Assembly: GCA_037380845.1 (NCBI GenBank) | Contig: JARRRI010000015.1 | Location: 1 to 64,000, forward strand | Direction of reading: 5' to 3' | DNA from: Candidatus Sulfobium sp. | Lineage (GTDB): Bacteria > Nitrospirota > Thermodesulfovibrionia > Thermodesulfovibrionales > UBA6898 | Length of the DNA: 64,000 nucleotides | In this document: in pieces, positions 23,245 to 35,517 of the stretch | Layout of the letters: every line of letters starts with the position of its first letter | How positions within the stretch are numbered: position 1 is the first letter of the stretch | Program-made: the position numbers and the translations under genes | Notes under the pieces: model-generated | What the model was told of the DNA's origin: nothing | Databases searched by the model: none | The model's input: only the letters and a program-made list of their open reading frames with translations

Positions 23245-23829
23245 GTGACAGAGTCTTTGAAAGCCATAGCCTTTCTCGGAAGCCCCCGAAAGAAGGGCAA
23301 TACCGAACTTCTGTTGCAGAGTGCGATCGGGGGTATGGAAGAGCAGGGTGTGGAGGTTAGTATCTTCAATCTCAACCAGATGAACATCATGCCATGCCAG
23401 GATTGCGGCGGCTGTGAAAAGACGGGCGAATGCATACTTGAGGACGACATGTCTCAAATTTACCCTGCAATAAGGAACTCTTCCAGGATAATTCTGGCTT
23501 CTCCCATTTTCTTTTTCGGCCTGAGCGCCCAGACAAAGATAATGATTGACCGGTGCCAGAGCTTCTGGTGCGAGAAATATCTCCTGAAAAAACCGCTTCC
23601 TGAGGGTCCCTATGGAAGAAAAGGAATGTTACTGGTCGTCGGAGGAATGAAGAAGGAGACCGGCGTGCAATGCTCCGGCGCTACGGCGACCGCCTTTTTC
23701 AGAACCGTAAGCGTAAAAGAACACAAGACGCTGAGTTTCCTGGGAATCGATGCAAAGGGAGCCGTTCTGCAACATCCTTCGGCCATGGAGGAAGCCTTCC
23801 GCGCCGGGAAGGACTTTGCAGCTTTCTAG
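23245..23829 (+). CDS. Flavodoxin family / iron-sulfur flavoprotein
   Basis: GSPRKKGNT, CQDCGGCEKTGEC (CX2CX2CX5C), SPIFF. Confidence 0.9.
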   Translation: MTESLKAIAFLGSPRKKGNTELLLQSAIGGMEEQGVEVSIFNLNQMNIMPCQDCGGCEKTGECILEDDMSQIYPAIRNSSRIILASPIFFFGLSAQTKIMIDRCQSFWCEKYLLKKPLPEGPYGRKGMLLVVGGMKKETGVQCSGATATAFFRTVSVKEHKTLSFLGIDAKGAVLQHPSAMEEAFRAGKDFAAF

Positions 23830-23832
23830 CCT

Positions 23833-24846
23833 ATGGCTCCGCCCCGTCTTCGCTACGTGCAGCTCTATCCTACCGTGAGGTGCAATCAACGCTGTTTCTT
23901 CTGCTTTAACGGACATCTTTCCTCTGGGAAGGGTGCGCTGCCGGACCTTTCCCTGCCGGATGCAATGAGGCTTCTTCGTATTCTTGAAGACCAGGGGGCC
24001 GAAGAAATAGACGTAATGGGAGGCGAACCGCTGCTGCTACCCTGGATCCCTTTTTTTGCACAAAAGGCTTCGGAGAGAGGCATGAAGGTAAACATAAGTA
24101 CAAACGGAAGCTTCCCGGCGAGCATGGCCCGGTTTAAAGACAGCCAAAATGTTACCATCGGCGTTTCGCTGGAAGGGAGCTCAGAAGAAAGACACAACAC
24201 GATCACGGCGTCTTCTCATTTTTCACTCGCCATGGACACCATCGACAAGCTCATCTCCCTCGGCCTTGATTTAGCAGTAAAAACAGTCGTGAGCAGGACA
24301 ATTGCCCCCGATATCCCGAAAATAACGGGCCTTTTGAGAAGTCTGGGCATAAGGCGTTATCATCTGATTCATATGGACATTCTGACCGGACTTCCGGCAA
24401 TTATGAAAGAGGCGCTTTCATACCCTCGTTTCAGCATTTTTTGTGATCACATCCGGGACATGAACAGTGACATGGAGATATTGACAGTCAGCGCCTCCTG
24501 CTTCACAAAAGAGCTGATCGGTTATCCCGTTCGGTGCTCCGGAGGAGTTAACAAACTCTCGATTCTGCCTGACGGGTCGGTTTTTCCGTGTAACCTTTTT
24601 CACGGTTTTCCGGACTTTCTCCTTGGCAATATCCTTCAGGACGACTTCGCCCTTCTCTGGACAAACCCGCGCCTCGACACTTTCCGGGATGCGGGTGCGC
24701 GTAGTTGCAACGATCGTTTCTGCACCAACAGAAACTCTTGCACAGGCGGCTGTCCAGCACACAACCGTTACCATTACGGCAATCTGGGAGGCCGCGATGT
24801 GCGCTGCAGGTTGTCATCCGCCGGAAGCGATACCGGACTATCTTGA
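23833..24846 (+). CDS. Radical SAM protein with SPASM domain
   Basis: CNQRCFFC, GGEP, STNG, C...PDGSVFPC...C..C...CTGGCPA. Confidence 0.9.
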   Translation: MAPPRLRYVQLYPTVRCNQRCFFCFNGHLSSGKGALPDLSLPDAMRLLRILEDQGAEEIDVMGGEPLLLPWIPFFAQKASERGMKVNISTNGSFPASMARFKDSQNVTIGVSLEGSSEERHNTITASSHFSLAMDTIDKLISLGLDLAVKTVVSRTIAPDIPKITGLLRSLGIRRYHLIHMDILTGLPAIMKEALSYPRFSIFCDHIRDMNSDMEILTVSASCFTKELIGYPVRCSGGVNKLSILPDGSVFPCNLFHGFPDFLLGNILQDDFALLWTNPRLDTFRDAGARSCNDRFCTNRNSCTGGCPAHNRYHYGNLGGRDVRCRLSSAGSDTGLS

Positions 24847-25311
24847 CACACATTCGTCGTCGTCATATTTCCCCATGATTATGCGGGTCCTTGATACTTT
24901 CATGCAGTCGAAGTTCGCGTGGGCCGGAGATGTTACCGATATAGTTCTGTTCGGCGTCAGAAGACCGCGCGTGTCGCATACTATATTCGTGGTACCGTTG
25001 TTCCATCCCAATCTGTATTTCACTTTTCTGGGGAAGCCCGGAAGCACCTCTCCGTTATCGATGTCCCCGTTTTCGTTGCGGTCTTCCGCCATCGTGTATT
25101 GATAAAACTCCAGAAAGGTAAGATACTTCACATCCTTCTCCACGGCCATTATCCTGGCATGCATCAGGTCGTGGTAGAGTTCCTTTGTTATCTTTTCCAC
25201 CTCGTAACTTTTCTTCCAGTCCTCGAATGAAATATCGAGTGCAACCAAAAGTATACCTATGATCGATATTACCACCAGAAGTTCAACCAGTGTCGTTCCC
25301 CTCTTTCGCAT
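24838..25311 (-). CDS. GspH/FimT-like pseudopilin
   Basis: Prepilin motif MRKRG/TTLVELLVVISIIGIL; C-terminal Cys pair. Confidence 0.85.
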   Translation of the reverse strand: MRKRGTTLVELLVVISIIGILLVALDISFEDWKKSYEVEKITKELYHDLMHARIMAVEKDVKYLTFLEFYQYTMAEDRNENGDIDNGEVLPGFPRKVKYRLGWNNGTTNIVCDTRGLLTPNRTISVTSPAHANFDCMKVSRTRIIMGKYDDDECVSR

Positions 25312-25403
25312 TTCTTCCCCCTTTTGATGACCTTGCACACAGACTTTATACTCCTCCGGATAAAATAAGTGTCGTCCGGTCTTTCCCGGGGCTTCCGGAG
25401 ACA

Positions 25404-26297
25404 TCAGGATTTTATCCTTTTCCACCTCCTGTGGATCCAGAGCCATTCCGAGGGGTTCTGTCGTATGTACTCCTCTATGTAAGAAGAAAACCGCGCAGTG
25501 TCATTCGCCACGGCGGTCTCGCCTTCCAGGGAAGGATTGAGCTGCACTGCCTCATGTATTTCTATCAGATGTCCCTCCGGAGTCCTCCTGATAAACGCCG
25601 GAACGACGGGACTACCCGTTTTCCTGGCTATTAAAGCCGGCATCCTGGCTGTATAATCCTTCTTTCCAAGGAATTCCGTTACCACACCTTCCGCCGCCAC
25701 CACACTCTGGTCCATTAATATTCCTACGATCTCTTTCTTACCGAGACACGAAAGTACCCTCTTCAGTGCCCCTTTCTTGTAAATCACCCGGTTGCCGTAT
25801 TTTTCTCTCGCCCGCTCGACAAGTCTGTTGATATACGGGTTGTCTACAGGACGGGCCACAATGTTGACTCTGCCAAGACGTCTGGAAAAAACAAGGGCGT
25901 TCAGCTCCCAATTACCACAGTGACCGGTGATAAAAATAACGCCCTTCCCCTTTTCCCGTGCCGCCTGAAGGTGTTCCGAGCCCGAAATCCTGACGCTTTG
26001 CATAACCTGCTCGCCGAGGCCGTAATATATCTTCAGAACTTCAACGACGGATTTGCCGAGGTTTCGAAAATTCCGCTTTATGACTTCTTCGGGGCTTGCG
26101 TCTATGCTGATGGACCTCCGCCTCACGGCGGCCCTCAGATTTTCAACCGCTATCGCGCGAAGACTCCTCCAGAAAAAAATAATGGAAGATCCCAGAACTT
26201 CACCGACCTTTAGGGATACCCTGTACGGAAGGAGGGCGACCGGCGCCGTAAAGACCACGACCAGGAAAAACTGGCAAAGCCATATCACCCGCCTCAT
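25404..26297 (-). CDS. Lipid A late acyltransferase (LpxL/HtrB family)
   Basis: HCGNWE, LMDQ, PSEWLWIHRRWK. Confidence 0.9.
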   Translation of the reverse strand: MRRVIWLCQFFLVVVFTAPVALLPYRVSLKVGEVLGSSIIFFWRSLRAIAVENLRAAVRRRSISIDASPEEVIKRNFRNLGKSVVEVLKIYYGLGEQVMQSVRISGSEHLQAAREKGKGVIFITGHCGNWELNALVFSRRLGRVNIVARPVDNPYINRLVERAREKYGNRVIYKKGALKRVLSCLGKKEIVGILMDQSVVAAEGVVTEFLGKKDYTARMPALIARKTGSPVVPAFIRRTPEGHLIEIHEAVQLNPSLEGETAVANDTARFSSYIEEYIRQNPSEWLWIHRRWKRIKS

Positions 26298-28732
26298 TTA
26301 TCATTATCTTCTTTATCTTTGTCTTTGTCGCCTTCCTTTTCTTCCTTCTCTTTTCTCATGGCAGTGGATATCTCTTCCAGACGCTTTGCCACCAGGCCGT
26401 TTATCGTGCCTTCGGGATAAGTGCCCTCCTCACGAATTTCTCCCGCTGGCATCCCCGTAAATATTTCCATGCCTTCTTCTACCCTGCTAATGGGATAAAT
26501 GGCGAACTTTCCGTCCCGCACAGCGTCGACGACTTCCTGTTTTACCATCAGATGTTTTACATTTTTCGCAGGGATGACCACGCCGTGTGTTCCATCCAGC
26601 CCCCGTATCTTGCAGAGGTCGAAGAACCCCTCGATCTTCTCGTTGACGCCTCCTATGGGCTGGACGTCGCCGTTCTGGTCCATCGAGCCCGTAACCGCGA
26701 GGTTCTGTTTCAGTGGCAGGCCGGCGAGGCTGCTCAGCAGGACATAGAGTTCCGCACACGAGGCGCTGTCGCCTTCCACCATGTCGTACAGCTGCTCAAA
26801 TGTGATGGATGCCGAAAAGCTGATCGGTTTTTTCCTTGCGTATGTACTGCCGATATAGTTGGTTATGATGAGAATCGCCTTTTCGTGGATCTTGCCGCTC
26901 ATCTTCGTTTCACGCTCTATGTTTATGACGCCGCCCTTGCCCGCGTAAGTCCTGGCCGTAATCCTGGAAGGTTTTCCGAACTGATAATCTCCCATTCCCA
27001 GAACGGCGAGCCCGTTGATCTGCCCGACCTTTTCCCCCTCGGTATCCACGATCAAAGTCCCTTCGACCACCATCTCGCGCAGACGCTCCTCGATCCTGTT
27101 GGCCCTGTATATCTTTTCCTTCAGCGCCCGGTCCACATGTCCGCTCCGGACGAGATCACTCCCTTCTTTCTTCGCCCAGTAATGCGCTTCTTTTATCACA
27201 TCTGCGACATCGCTGAACCTGGAAGACAGTTTTTCCTGATGTCCGGCAAGTCTCGATCCGTGCTCCACTATCTTGGCAACTCCGCTCCGGTCAAAAGGGA
27301 GGAATTTCTCCTGCTTGCATGTACTGGCCACAAAAGCGGCGTATTTCTGCATGGCCCCCTCATTTTTTTCCATCCTGTTGTCGAAATCGGCCTTCACCTT
27401 GAACAGGTCCCGGTATTCCTCATCGAGGTTGTAGAGCAGATAGTAGAGGTAAGGGTTTCCGATGAGAATGACTTTTACATTCAGAGGAATCGCTTCAGGT
27501 TTCAGTGTCGCGGTCGAGATGGCCCGGTATTGTTCCCATACGTCTTCAATCTTTATCTCCCTGTTTCTCAATGCCCGCTTCAGCGTCTCATACGAAAAAA
27601 TATTACGGAGGAGGTCAAGGGCGTTTATCACAATATATCCACCGTTGGCCTTATGGAGGGATCCCGCCTTGATCATCGAAAAATCGGTCGTCGTCACCCC
27701 GTACTGGAACTTGTATTCCAGTCTGCCGAAAAGATTGAAATATGCCGGGTTGCTCTCGAACACACAGGGAGCACCCTTGACATCCTTGTTGTTTACAAGG
27801 ACATTTACTGCATATCTCGTGAAAGTAGGCTCCGTCTTCTGCATCTTCATAAAGGGCAATGGGGATGCCTGTTCTTCCTGGGCCTTGAAATCGTCCAGGT
27901 GCTCCAGGATGTCTTCCGTAACGGCCGAAAGATAATGGGTGATCTTTTCGTCGTCCCGGTATTTTGTCTTCAGTTCGTCCATAAAATGGCCCACCGCGGA
28001 AAGGGCCGCTTCACGCTCAAGTTTCGCAAGCTCTTTTTTGACACCCTTTTCAGTCTCCCTCACTTCCCGCACAACATCGTTCAGCTTCTCCTGAAGGGCC
28101 TTGCCTATTTCGTCTATCTTGGCCCTTGTTTTATCGTCGAGGGCCCCGTATTCTTCCTCCGTAAGGGGCTCGCCGCCCTTCTTCACCGGGACTATCATGA
28201 GACCGCTGACCATCTTTCTGACTGAAAATCCCTTGCTCTGGGCCTCCTCCTCAAGCCCCGAAAACATCTCCTTCTGTTTGGACTGGAAAGACTCCAGGAT
28301 CTTGTTCTTCTGCCTTTCATATTCCTTCGATTCAAAAACCTTGGGGATCTCCACCTTCAGGACCTTGATCAGTTCCTCCATATCCTTGTGGAAGATCACC
28401 GCGCTTCCGGGCTCCATGGATATCGCCAGAGGGATATCAGGCTCGTCGAAATTATAGACGTAGCACCAGTCCCGGGGCACCGGCTCGTTCACCGTCTTCT
28501 TTTTCAGGAGGGACTTTATCGTGGTAGTCTTGCCGGTGCCGTTTTCGCCGAGTATAAAGATGTTAAACCCCTTACTGTCCAGATTGAGCCCGAAATCTAT
28601 CGCGTTCAATGCCCTCTCCTGTCCTATTGTCTCTACCAGTTCAGGAAGTTCGTCGGTGGTATTGAATGTGAAAACTTTCTCGTCACAGCACCTGTAAAGT
28701 TCTTCACTGCTGAGTGGCTTGGGCATCTCCAC
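26294..28732 (-). CDS. Lon-like protease (LonC/AAA_32 type)
   Basis: IGQERA, GTGKTT, GSLHKANGG, EGDSAS (Ser) and GGVNEKIEGFF (Lys) dyad. Confidence 0.9.
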   Translation of the reverse strand: MEMPKPLSSEELYRCCDEKVFTFNTTDELPELVETIGQERALNAIDFGLNLDSKGFNIFILGENGTGKTTTIKSLLKKKTVNEPVPRDWCYVYNFDEPDIPLAISMEPGSAVIFHKDMEELIKVLKVEIPKVFESKEYERQKNKILESFQSKQKEMFSGLEEEAQSKGFSVRKMVSGLMIVPVKKGGEPLTEEEYGALDDKTRAKIDEIGKALQEKLNDVVREVRETEKGVKKELAKLEREAALSAVGHFMDELKTKYRDDEKITHYLSAVTEDILEHLDDFKAQEEQASPLPFMKMQKTEPTFTRYAVNVLVNNKDVKGAPCVFESNPAYFNLFGRLEYKFQYGVTTTDFSMIKAGSLHKANGGYIVINALDLLRNIFSYETLKRALRNREIKIEDVWEQYRAISTATLKPEAIPLNVKVILIGNPYLYYLLYNLDEEYRDLFKVKADFDNRMEKNEGAMQKYAAFVASTCKQEKFLPFDRSGVAKIVEHGSRLAGHQEKLSSRFSDVADVIKEAHYWAKKEGSDLVRSGHVDRALKEKIYRANRIEERLREMVVEGTLIVDTEGEKVGQINGLAVLGMGDYQFGKPSRITARTYAGKGGVINIERETKMSGKIHEKAILIITNYIGSTYARKKPISFSASITFEQLYDMVEGDSASCAELYVLLSSLAGLPLKQNLAVTGSMDQNGDVQPIGGVNEKIEGFFDLCKIRGLDGTHGVVIPAKNVKHLMVKQEVVDAVRDGKFAIYPISRVEEGMEIFTGMPAGEIREEGTYPEGTINGLVAKRLEEISTAMRKEKEEKEGDKDKDKEDNDK

Positions 28733-28951
28733 CTCCCTTTCTCAAAAAAATTTGGCCTTTTTACAATCATTATATGAAACTTCAGATGAAAAATCATTAG
28801 GTTTTTATAACAGTGCATCTTAACAGCATAGTGCTGGAGAGACGGCGAGAAAGCCGTCCGGTTCGCAGGAGCTTCCTAACTCCTCTTCTGTGCCGACTCA
28901 CTGCTGAAACTACTGAAAGGTTCTTGTGGTGCACCCGACAGAGGGCACGAC

Positions 28952-30463
28952 CTAGCGGCCCTCTGTCGCGGCAAGCTTGTTCAATGCATTGAGATATGCC
29001 TTGGCGGCGGCGACGATAATATCAGTGTCGGCGCCATGGCCGCGCACCGTGTTTCCGCCTTCATCCAGAGTGACGGTCACTTCGCCGAGTGCATCGGTCC
29101 CGCCGGTAATGCTTTTCACTTCGAACTTGATGAGGCTGCTCTTCGTGCCGGTAATCCCGGCAATAGCCCTGTAAGTTGCATCCACAGGCCCGTCTCCGTC
29201 CTCCGTTGCGTCGACAATCTGATCGCCTGCCCTGAGTTTGACGGACGCCACCGGTTTCCGGTTCAGCCCGCCCGACAGGGACATATCGAGCAGGCGATAA
29301 TACTCGTAAACCTTGGACACCTCTTCGGAAACCAGCGCTTCTATATCTTCGTCAAAGATGTATTTCTTCTGGTCCGCTATCTCTTTGAACCTTTCAAACG
29401 CCTTGTTCAATTCCTCTTCCGTCAGACTGTATCCCAGTTTCCTGAGCCTCTCTTTAAACGCATGCCTGCCGGAGTGTTTCCCCAGCACGAGTTTGCTCTG
29501 CGGTATTCCCACCGTCTCGGGCATCATGATCTCATACGTCGAGCGCTCCTTCAGATAACCGTCCTGATGTATTCCCGCTTCGTGTGCGAAGGCGTTCGCT
29601 CCGACAATCGCCTTGTTCGGCTGCACCATCATGCCGGTTATCTTCGAGACGAGACGCGAGGTCCTGTATATCTCCTCCGTCCTGACGTTTGTCTCCGCAT
29701 TGAAGAACTTCTGTCTGGTCTTAAGGGCCATCACTACCTCTTCCAGGGAGGCGTTCCCGGCCCGCTCACCTATGCCGTTCACGGTACACTCGACCTGTCC
29801 GGCTCCCTTCAGTACCGCGGTAAGTGAGTTGGCAACGGCAAGTCCAAGGTCATTGTGGCAGTGTACCGATATTACCGCCTTGTCGATGTTGGGGACCCTG
29901 TTGAAAAGATATTCTATCAACTCCGCGTATTCCTGGGGCACGGTATACCCCACCGTATCGGGTATGTTAACCGTTCCGGCGCCGGCCTCTATGACTGCCT
30001 CCGTCACGGCGCAAAGGTAGTCCCGGTCGGACCTCGTCGCATCTTCGGCTGAAAACTCCACGTCGTCCGTATATCCCCTCGCTACCTTAACGGCATTGAC
30101 AGCGCTCTCCAGAACCTCCTTTCTCTCCATCCGCAATTTGTGTTTGAGATGTATATCGGACGTCGCGATAAAAGTATGGATCCGCCCGCCCTCGGCCCGG
30201 CTTATAGCCTCGCCCGCGCTCCGTATGTCCCTCTCTTTTGTCCTCGCAAGTGCCGCAATCGTCACGCCCGCCACTTCCGCCGCGATCCTGCTTACGGCGT
30301 GAAAATCACCCGGCGACGCCACCGGGAACCCGGCCTCTATGACATCCACACCGAGCCTGACGAGTTGCCTCGCAACCTGGATCTTCTCTTCAACATTCAT
30401 GGAGGCGCCTGGCGACTGCTCGCCGTCACGCAGTGTTGTATCGAAGATCCTTATTATTCTCAT
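28952..30463 (-). CDS. leuA: 2-isopropylmalate synthase
   Basis: [35 protein letters not shown], regulatory domain; start trimmed to MRIIRIF. Confidence 0.97.
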   Translation of the reverse strand: MRIIRIFDTTLRDGEQSPGASMNVEEKIQVARQLVRLGVDVIEAGFPVASPGDFHAVSRIAAEVAGVTIAALARTKERDIRSAGEAISRAEGGRIHTFIATSDIHLKHKLRMERKEVLESAVNAVKVARGYTDDVEFSAEDATRSDRDYLCAVTEAVIEAGAGTVNIPDTVGYTVPQEYAELIEYLFNRVPNIDKAVISVHCHNDLGLAVANSLTAVLKGAGQVECTVNGIGERAGNASLEEVVMALKTRQKFFNAETNVRTEEIYRTSRLVSKITGMMVQPNKAIVGANAFAHEAGIHQDGYLKERSTYEIMMPETVGIPQSKLVLGKHSGRHAFKERLRKLGYSLTEEELNKAFERFKEIADQKKYIFDEDIEALVSEEVSKVYEYYRLLDMSLSGGLNRKPVASVKLRAGDQIVDATEDGDGPVDATYRAIAGITGTKSSLIKFEVKSITGGTDALGEVTVTLDEGGNTVRGHGADTDIIVAAAKAYLNALNKLAATEGR

Positions 30464-31185
30464 CGCCCGGCTTCCCGGCGCATCCTGCTCTTCTTGCGAT
30501 AAAGATATGCGTTTTCGACCAGCCCCTCCATAAGATAAATCATAGCAAAAACAAAGAGCGCTATGGGAGGATGGATCAGGATAAGACCGAAACCGACAAC
30601 AAAAACCACGAGAATCCAGAACGGCTTCCTCCTCCTGAAATCGATCTCCTTGAGCCCGTGGAACCTCAGGGTACTGACCATAAGGAGAGCGAGAAAGACG
30701 GTGAAGATCAGGATAAAAATATTTCCCCGCGGAGCGCCGTGCCAGATCCCGTGCCAGAAGAGAACAAGGGCCGCGACCAGGGTCGCCGCACCGGGTATGG
30801 GCATGCCCGTGAACGCCTTCGATTCTGTCGATCCCATCTGTACGTTGTACCTGGCCAGCCTCAGGGCCCCGCAGGCAGTGAAAAGAAATGCTGCCGCAAA
30901 ACCTATCCTGCCGAACGAAGAGATGGCCCACTTATAGACCAGGACCGACGGAGCCACTCCGAAGGCCACCAGGTCGGACAGGGAATCAAGCTCTATCCCG
31001 AATCTGGTCGTGCTGTGCGTCAGGCGTGCAACCCAGCCGTCCAGACCGTCGAATACCACTGCGATCATTATCGCCCAGGATGCATAATTGTAGTTGCCCT
31101 TTATTGCGGAAAGGATCGAGTAAAAGCCGAAGAACATGCCGCAGAGAGTCAGGCTGTTCGGAAGTATATAAATGCCCTTTTTCAC
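30460..31185 (-). CDS. pssA: CDP-diacylglycerol--serine O-phosphatidyltransferase
   Basis: DGLDGWVAR...G..LDSLSD, RLARYN. Confidence 0.95.
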   Translation of the reverse strand: MKKGIYILPNSLTLCGMFFGFYSILSAIKGNYNYASWAIMIAVVFDGLDGWVARLTHSTTRFGIELDSLSDLVAFGVAPSVLVYKWAISSFGRIGFAAAFLFTACGALRLARYNVQMGSTESKAFTGMPIPGAATLVAALVLFWHGIWHGAPRGNIFILIFTVFLALLMVSTLRFHGLKEIDFRRRKPFWILVVFVVGFGLILIHPPIALFVFAMIYLMEGLVENAYLYRKKSRMRREAGR

Positions 31186-31191
31186 CGGACG

Positions 31192-31845
31192 TCACCCTTT
31201 TGCAACCTGTTCCCCGCGTTGTATTCTGGCAATTACGGTCTCACCGGCCCTGACCTTCTCACCCAATTTTACCTTAATTTCGACATCCTTTGGCAGATAG
31301 GTGTCGAGCCTGGAGCTGAACTTTATGATCCCGTATCTCTCGCCGCTCCTGACCGTATCTCCTTCCCTCTTTCTGCATACCGCCCGCCGTGCCAGAAACC
31401 CAGCCACCTGCCTCACCAGAATGTCGCCGTATCCGGTTTCCAGGACCATCGCGATATTTTCATTCTTCAGGGAAGAATCTTCCCTGTAAGCGGCCATGTA
31501 CTTCCCCTTGTTGTGCTTCACCGCCTTGACTTTTCCGTCACATGGTGCACGATTCACATGGACGTTCAGAGGAGACATAAAGATGCTGATTTCCCTTACG
31601 TCGGAATTAAGGTACTCGGACTCGCGGGTATCCCTTATCTGCATCACCCTGCCGTCGGCGGGTGCCAGGAAAGCACCTTCCGCAACGGGGACGTCCCGTT
31701 CAGGGTCCCTGAAAAAATATATCATAAACAGGGTGGGAACAAACGGGACGACAGCCAACAGCGGTCCCGTAAAAAAGGCGACAACAAAGGTCAAAAGCCC
31801 GAAACCGGCAATAAACGGATATCCCTCGGGAGCAAGTCTGGCCAT
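31192..31845 (-). CDS. psd: Phosphatidylserine decarboxylase proenzyme
   Basis: FFRDPER, APADG, FMSPLNVHVNRAP, KFSSR cleavage motif. Confidence 0.93.
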   Translation of the reverse strand: MARLAPEGYPFIAGFGLLTFVVAFFTGPLLAVVPFVPTLFMIYFFRDPERDVPVAEGAFLAPADGRVMQIRDTRESEYLNSDVREISIFMSPLNVHVNRAPCDGKVKAVKHNKGKYMAAYREDSSLKNENIAMVLETGYGDILVRQVAGFLARRAVCRKREGDTVRSGERYGIIKFSSRLDTYLPKDVEIKVKLGEKVRAGETVIARIQRGEQVAKG

Positions 31846-31928
31846 AAGTTTCTCCGCGACATCCCCGGTCCCGGCAAAGGGGAAAAAACTTGAGGATTGT
31901 CGCTTAGTTAAGTTATCCCTGCCTCTTC

Positions 31929-32996
<1,068 letters not shown>

Positions 32997-33398
32997 TTAC
33001 AATTAGCGGGATTTTTCTATTACGGCCCTGTTCGACGGAATTCCTGTGCATGGGTGCATGAAACTTCGAAATACGGTCTTTCCCGAAAGTAAAGCGGGCC
33101 TGCCGCATTTAATGTCTTTAATTGCCCAGGCAATAATAACTATGAGAAGTCCCATAACCATATCCTCCACAGAATTCAGCAGCGTTGCAACGCAGGCGAG
33201 ACAGAGGCGCTTCCCGGCGGTACGTTCGTAAAAGCGTCGGAAGTTGCCGTAACACGAGAACAGTGCGGCCTTTTCGTTTATGGCATCAGTAAACAAATTT
33301 TTTGACGTCGTGAATCGGCCCTTGATGCTCCCGGACTTGCCCGCCGCATCACGCCGGGCAGTTGCACATCGGTCTTTATTATGATATAAATAGAGATC

Positions 33399-34085
33399 AT
33401 GAAAGTCACCTGGCTTGGACATGCGGCTTTCCTTTTCGAACATGACGGCAAAAGTGTCGTTATCGATCCCTTCATAACCGACAATCCCGCCTTTCCGGAA
33501 AAGTACAAGGGGATTACGGTGGGTGTCAATTACCTGCTTCTAACTCATATCCACTTTGACCATATGGGAGATGCAGTCACCCTCTCAAAGAAGACCGGCA
33601 AGGTTGTCGCCATCTTCGAAATATGCAAATGGCTTGAAACAAAAGGGATAACCAACTACGAGCCGATGAATATAGGCGGCACAATAGAACTTGATGACCT
33701 GGTAGTCCACATGGTCATGGCACACCACAGCAGCGGCTTCATAGAAGACGGCAGCATCGTTTACGGCGGCAACCCTTGCGGCTACGTAATCGAATTCGGC
33801 GGTCACACGTTATATCACGCAGGTGACACGGGGCTTTTCCTCGACATGCAGTTAATCCAGAGGCTTTTCAGCCCCGACATATGTATGCTTCCAATCGGCG
33901 ACAGGTTTACGATGGGCCCCCGCGAGGCGTCCATAGCTTGCAATGAATTCCTTGACGCAAGGACCATCATCCCGATGCACTTCGACACCTTCCCGGCATT
34001 GACCGGCAAGTCGGATGAATTCAGGAAGCTTGTAAAACGCGGGACCGTGGAGGTACTGGAGCCGGGCGGCTCGCTTGAAGTCTAG
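33399..34085 (+). CDS. Metal-dependent hydrolase (UPF0173, MBL fold)
   Basis: WLGHA, IDPF, THIHFDH, YHAGDT, IPMH. Confidence 0.92.
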   Translation: MKVTWLGHAAFLFEHDGKSVVIDPFITDNPAFPEKYKGITVGVNYLLLTHIHFDHMGDAVTLSKKTGKVVAIFEICKWLETKGITNYEPMNIGGTIELDDLVVHMVMAHHSSGFIEDGSIVYGGNPCGYVIEFGGHTLYHAGDTGLFLDMQLIQRLFSPDICMLPIGDRFTMGPREASIACNEFLDARTIIPMHFDTFPALTGKSDEFRKLVKRGTVEVLEPGGSLEV

Positions 34086-34204
34086 TCTTCGGCGTCAAAA
34101 CCTTCTTTAAGCAGGAAGTCCTTTTCGAAAATCCATTCTGACTTTACTGAACAGAGGACTGATTCATGTCCTCTGCCAGTAAAGCCGATCTCACATGCTG
34201 CCCG

Positions 34205-35248
34205 TCAATCCAGTTCAGGCCTTGGTGTCGATCCGGCAGGAGCGGGCAGAACGGGGTACTCCACCTTCGGCTGCACGCCCGTAGCGGCATGCAGAAAGGC
34301 CACGATATCGCTGATGTCCCTGTCGGTCAGGGATACGCCCAGCTGGACGTTGCCCATTATCGACACGGCCTCATCGAGGGACCAGACTTTCCCCGAATGG
34401 AAATAGGGCGGCGTGAGTGCGATATTCCGGAGAGAGGGCGATTTGAAGCTGTATTCGTCCGCCCCGATGGACGTGACCTTGTACCTCCCCTTGTCTCCCT
34501 TGAGAAGGCTGGCATCAGGACGTTCCCTGACGCCGAATTTGTAATAGCCCGTGCCTCCCATATTTATGCCGCCGTGGCAGGCAGAGCATCCCCTGGCCAT
34601 GAACTTCTCCAGGCCGCTCTTCTCCCTGGAACCAAGAGCGTTTTCGTCACCCTTAAGGAACCTGTCAAAGCGCGAGTCAGGAGTCAGGAGAGTCGCCTCA
34701 AACACCTCGATAGCACCGGCCATATTGTCAAAAGTTACCGGGTCCTTCTCTCCCGGGAAGGCATTTGAGAACATCTCGACGTACTGCGGCATGCTCTTCA
34801 GAGTGGCGACCACATTACCGGGCGTATTATTCATTTCGACCGCCGCCTGGATCGGGCCCTTCGCCTGCTCTTTCAGGTCGGGTGCGCGGCCGTCCCAGAA
34901 CTGGGCAATGTTGAAGACCGAATTAAATACCGTAGGTGAATTGCGGGGGCCTTTATGCCAGCCGTGACCGACTGCGGTCTGCTGGAAATCGGCTCCGCCC
35001 ATACCTATGTTATGGCAGGTGTTACAGCTTATCAGTCCGCTCTTCGACAGCCGCGGATCGAAATAAAGGGCTTTCCCGAGATCGACAAGCTGCGGAGTGA
35101 TCGGAATTCCCTTCACTTCCTTAAGCTCATTCGGAACAGGCTTGAAAAGGACCTGTGCCTTCTCCATAACGTCACCGCTTGCGAAGGCGGCGGCTGCAAA
35201 AACCGCAACGGAAACCGCCACCGTTAATATGCCGGCTGTTCGTTTCAT
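34205..35248 (-). CDS. Diheme cytochrome c peroxidase
   Basis: Signal peptide, DPRLSKSGLISCNTCH, QFWDGRA, CSACH, PSLRNI..TPPYFH. Confidence 0.93.
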   Translation of the reverse strand: MKRTAGILTVAVSVAVFAAAAFASGDVMEKAQVLFKPVPNELKEVKGIPITPQLVDLGKALYFDPRLSKSGLISCNTCHNIGMGGADFQQTAVGHGWHKGPRNSPTVFNSVFNIAQFWDGRAPDLKEQAKGPIQAAVEMNNTPGNVVATLKSMPQYVEMFSNAFPGEKDPVTFDNMAGAIEVFEATLLTPDSRFDRFLKGDENALGSREKSGLEKFMARGCSACHGGINMGGTGYYKFGVRERPDASLLKGDKGRYKVTSIGADEYSFKSPSLRNIALTPPYFHSGKVWSLDEAVSIMGNVQLGVSLTDRDISDIVAFLHAATGVQPKVEYPVLPAPAGSTPRPELD

Positions 35249-35517
35249 CCGTTCCTCCTCCTGTTTCGGCTATCTGCGTGAATAGTGAACCATTTTATGG
35301 CCGGGCCGCGAAAGCCGCCCGGCCTCGTTTCCTTAATTTTCAGATTAACAAAAAACTCTGCGTTGTCAAGACAGCTGAGGAACGGTCCCGCCCAAGCCCG
35401 CCGGTAAGTAATAACGATTGCCGGAATAGCTTCCCCGCTTTACAGAAAAAAGGGTTTTATTTATAATTGCTTTGTTGCAGGTTTATGCAATTATAATCGC
35501 TGGATAAGGAGCCGGGC

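Noticed and set aside
26552..28225. Long antisense ORFs (557 aa here; also 30433..31893, 50425..51747, 8180..9037)
   Set aside because: Shadow ORFs opposite well-supported genes in GC-rich DNA, with no motifs
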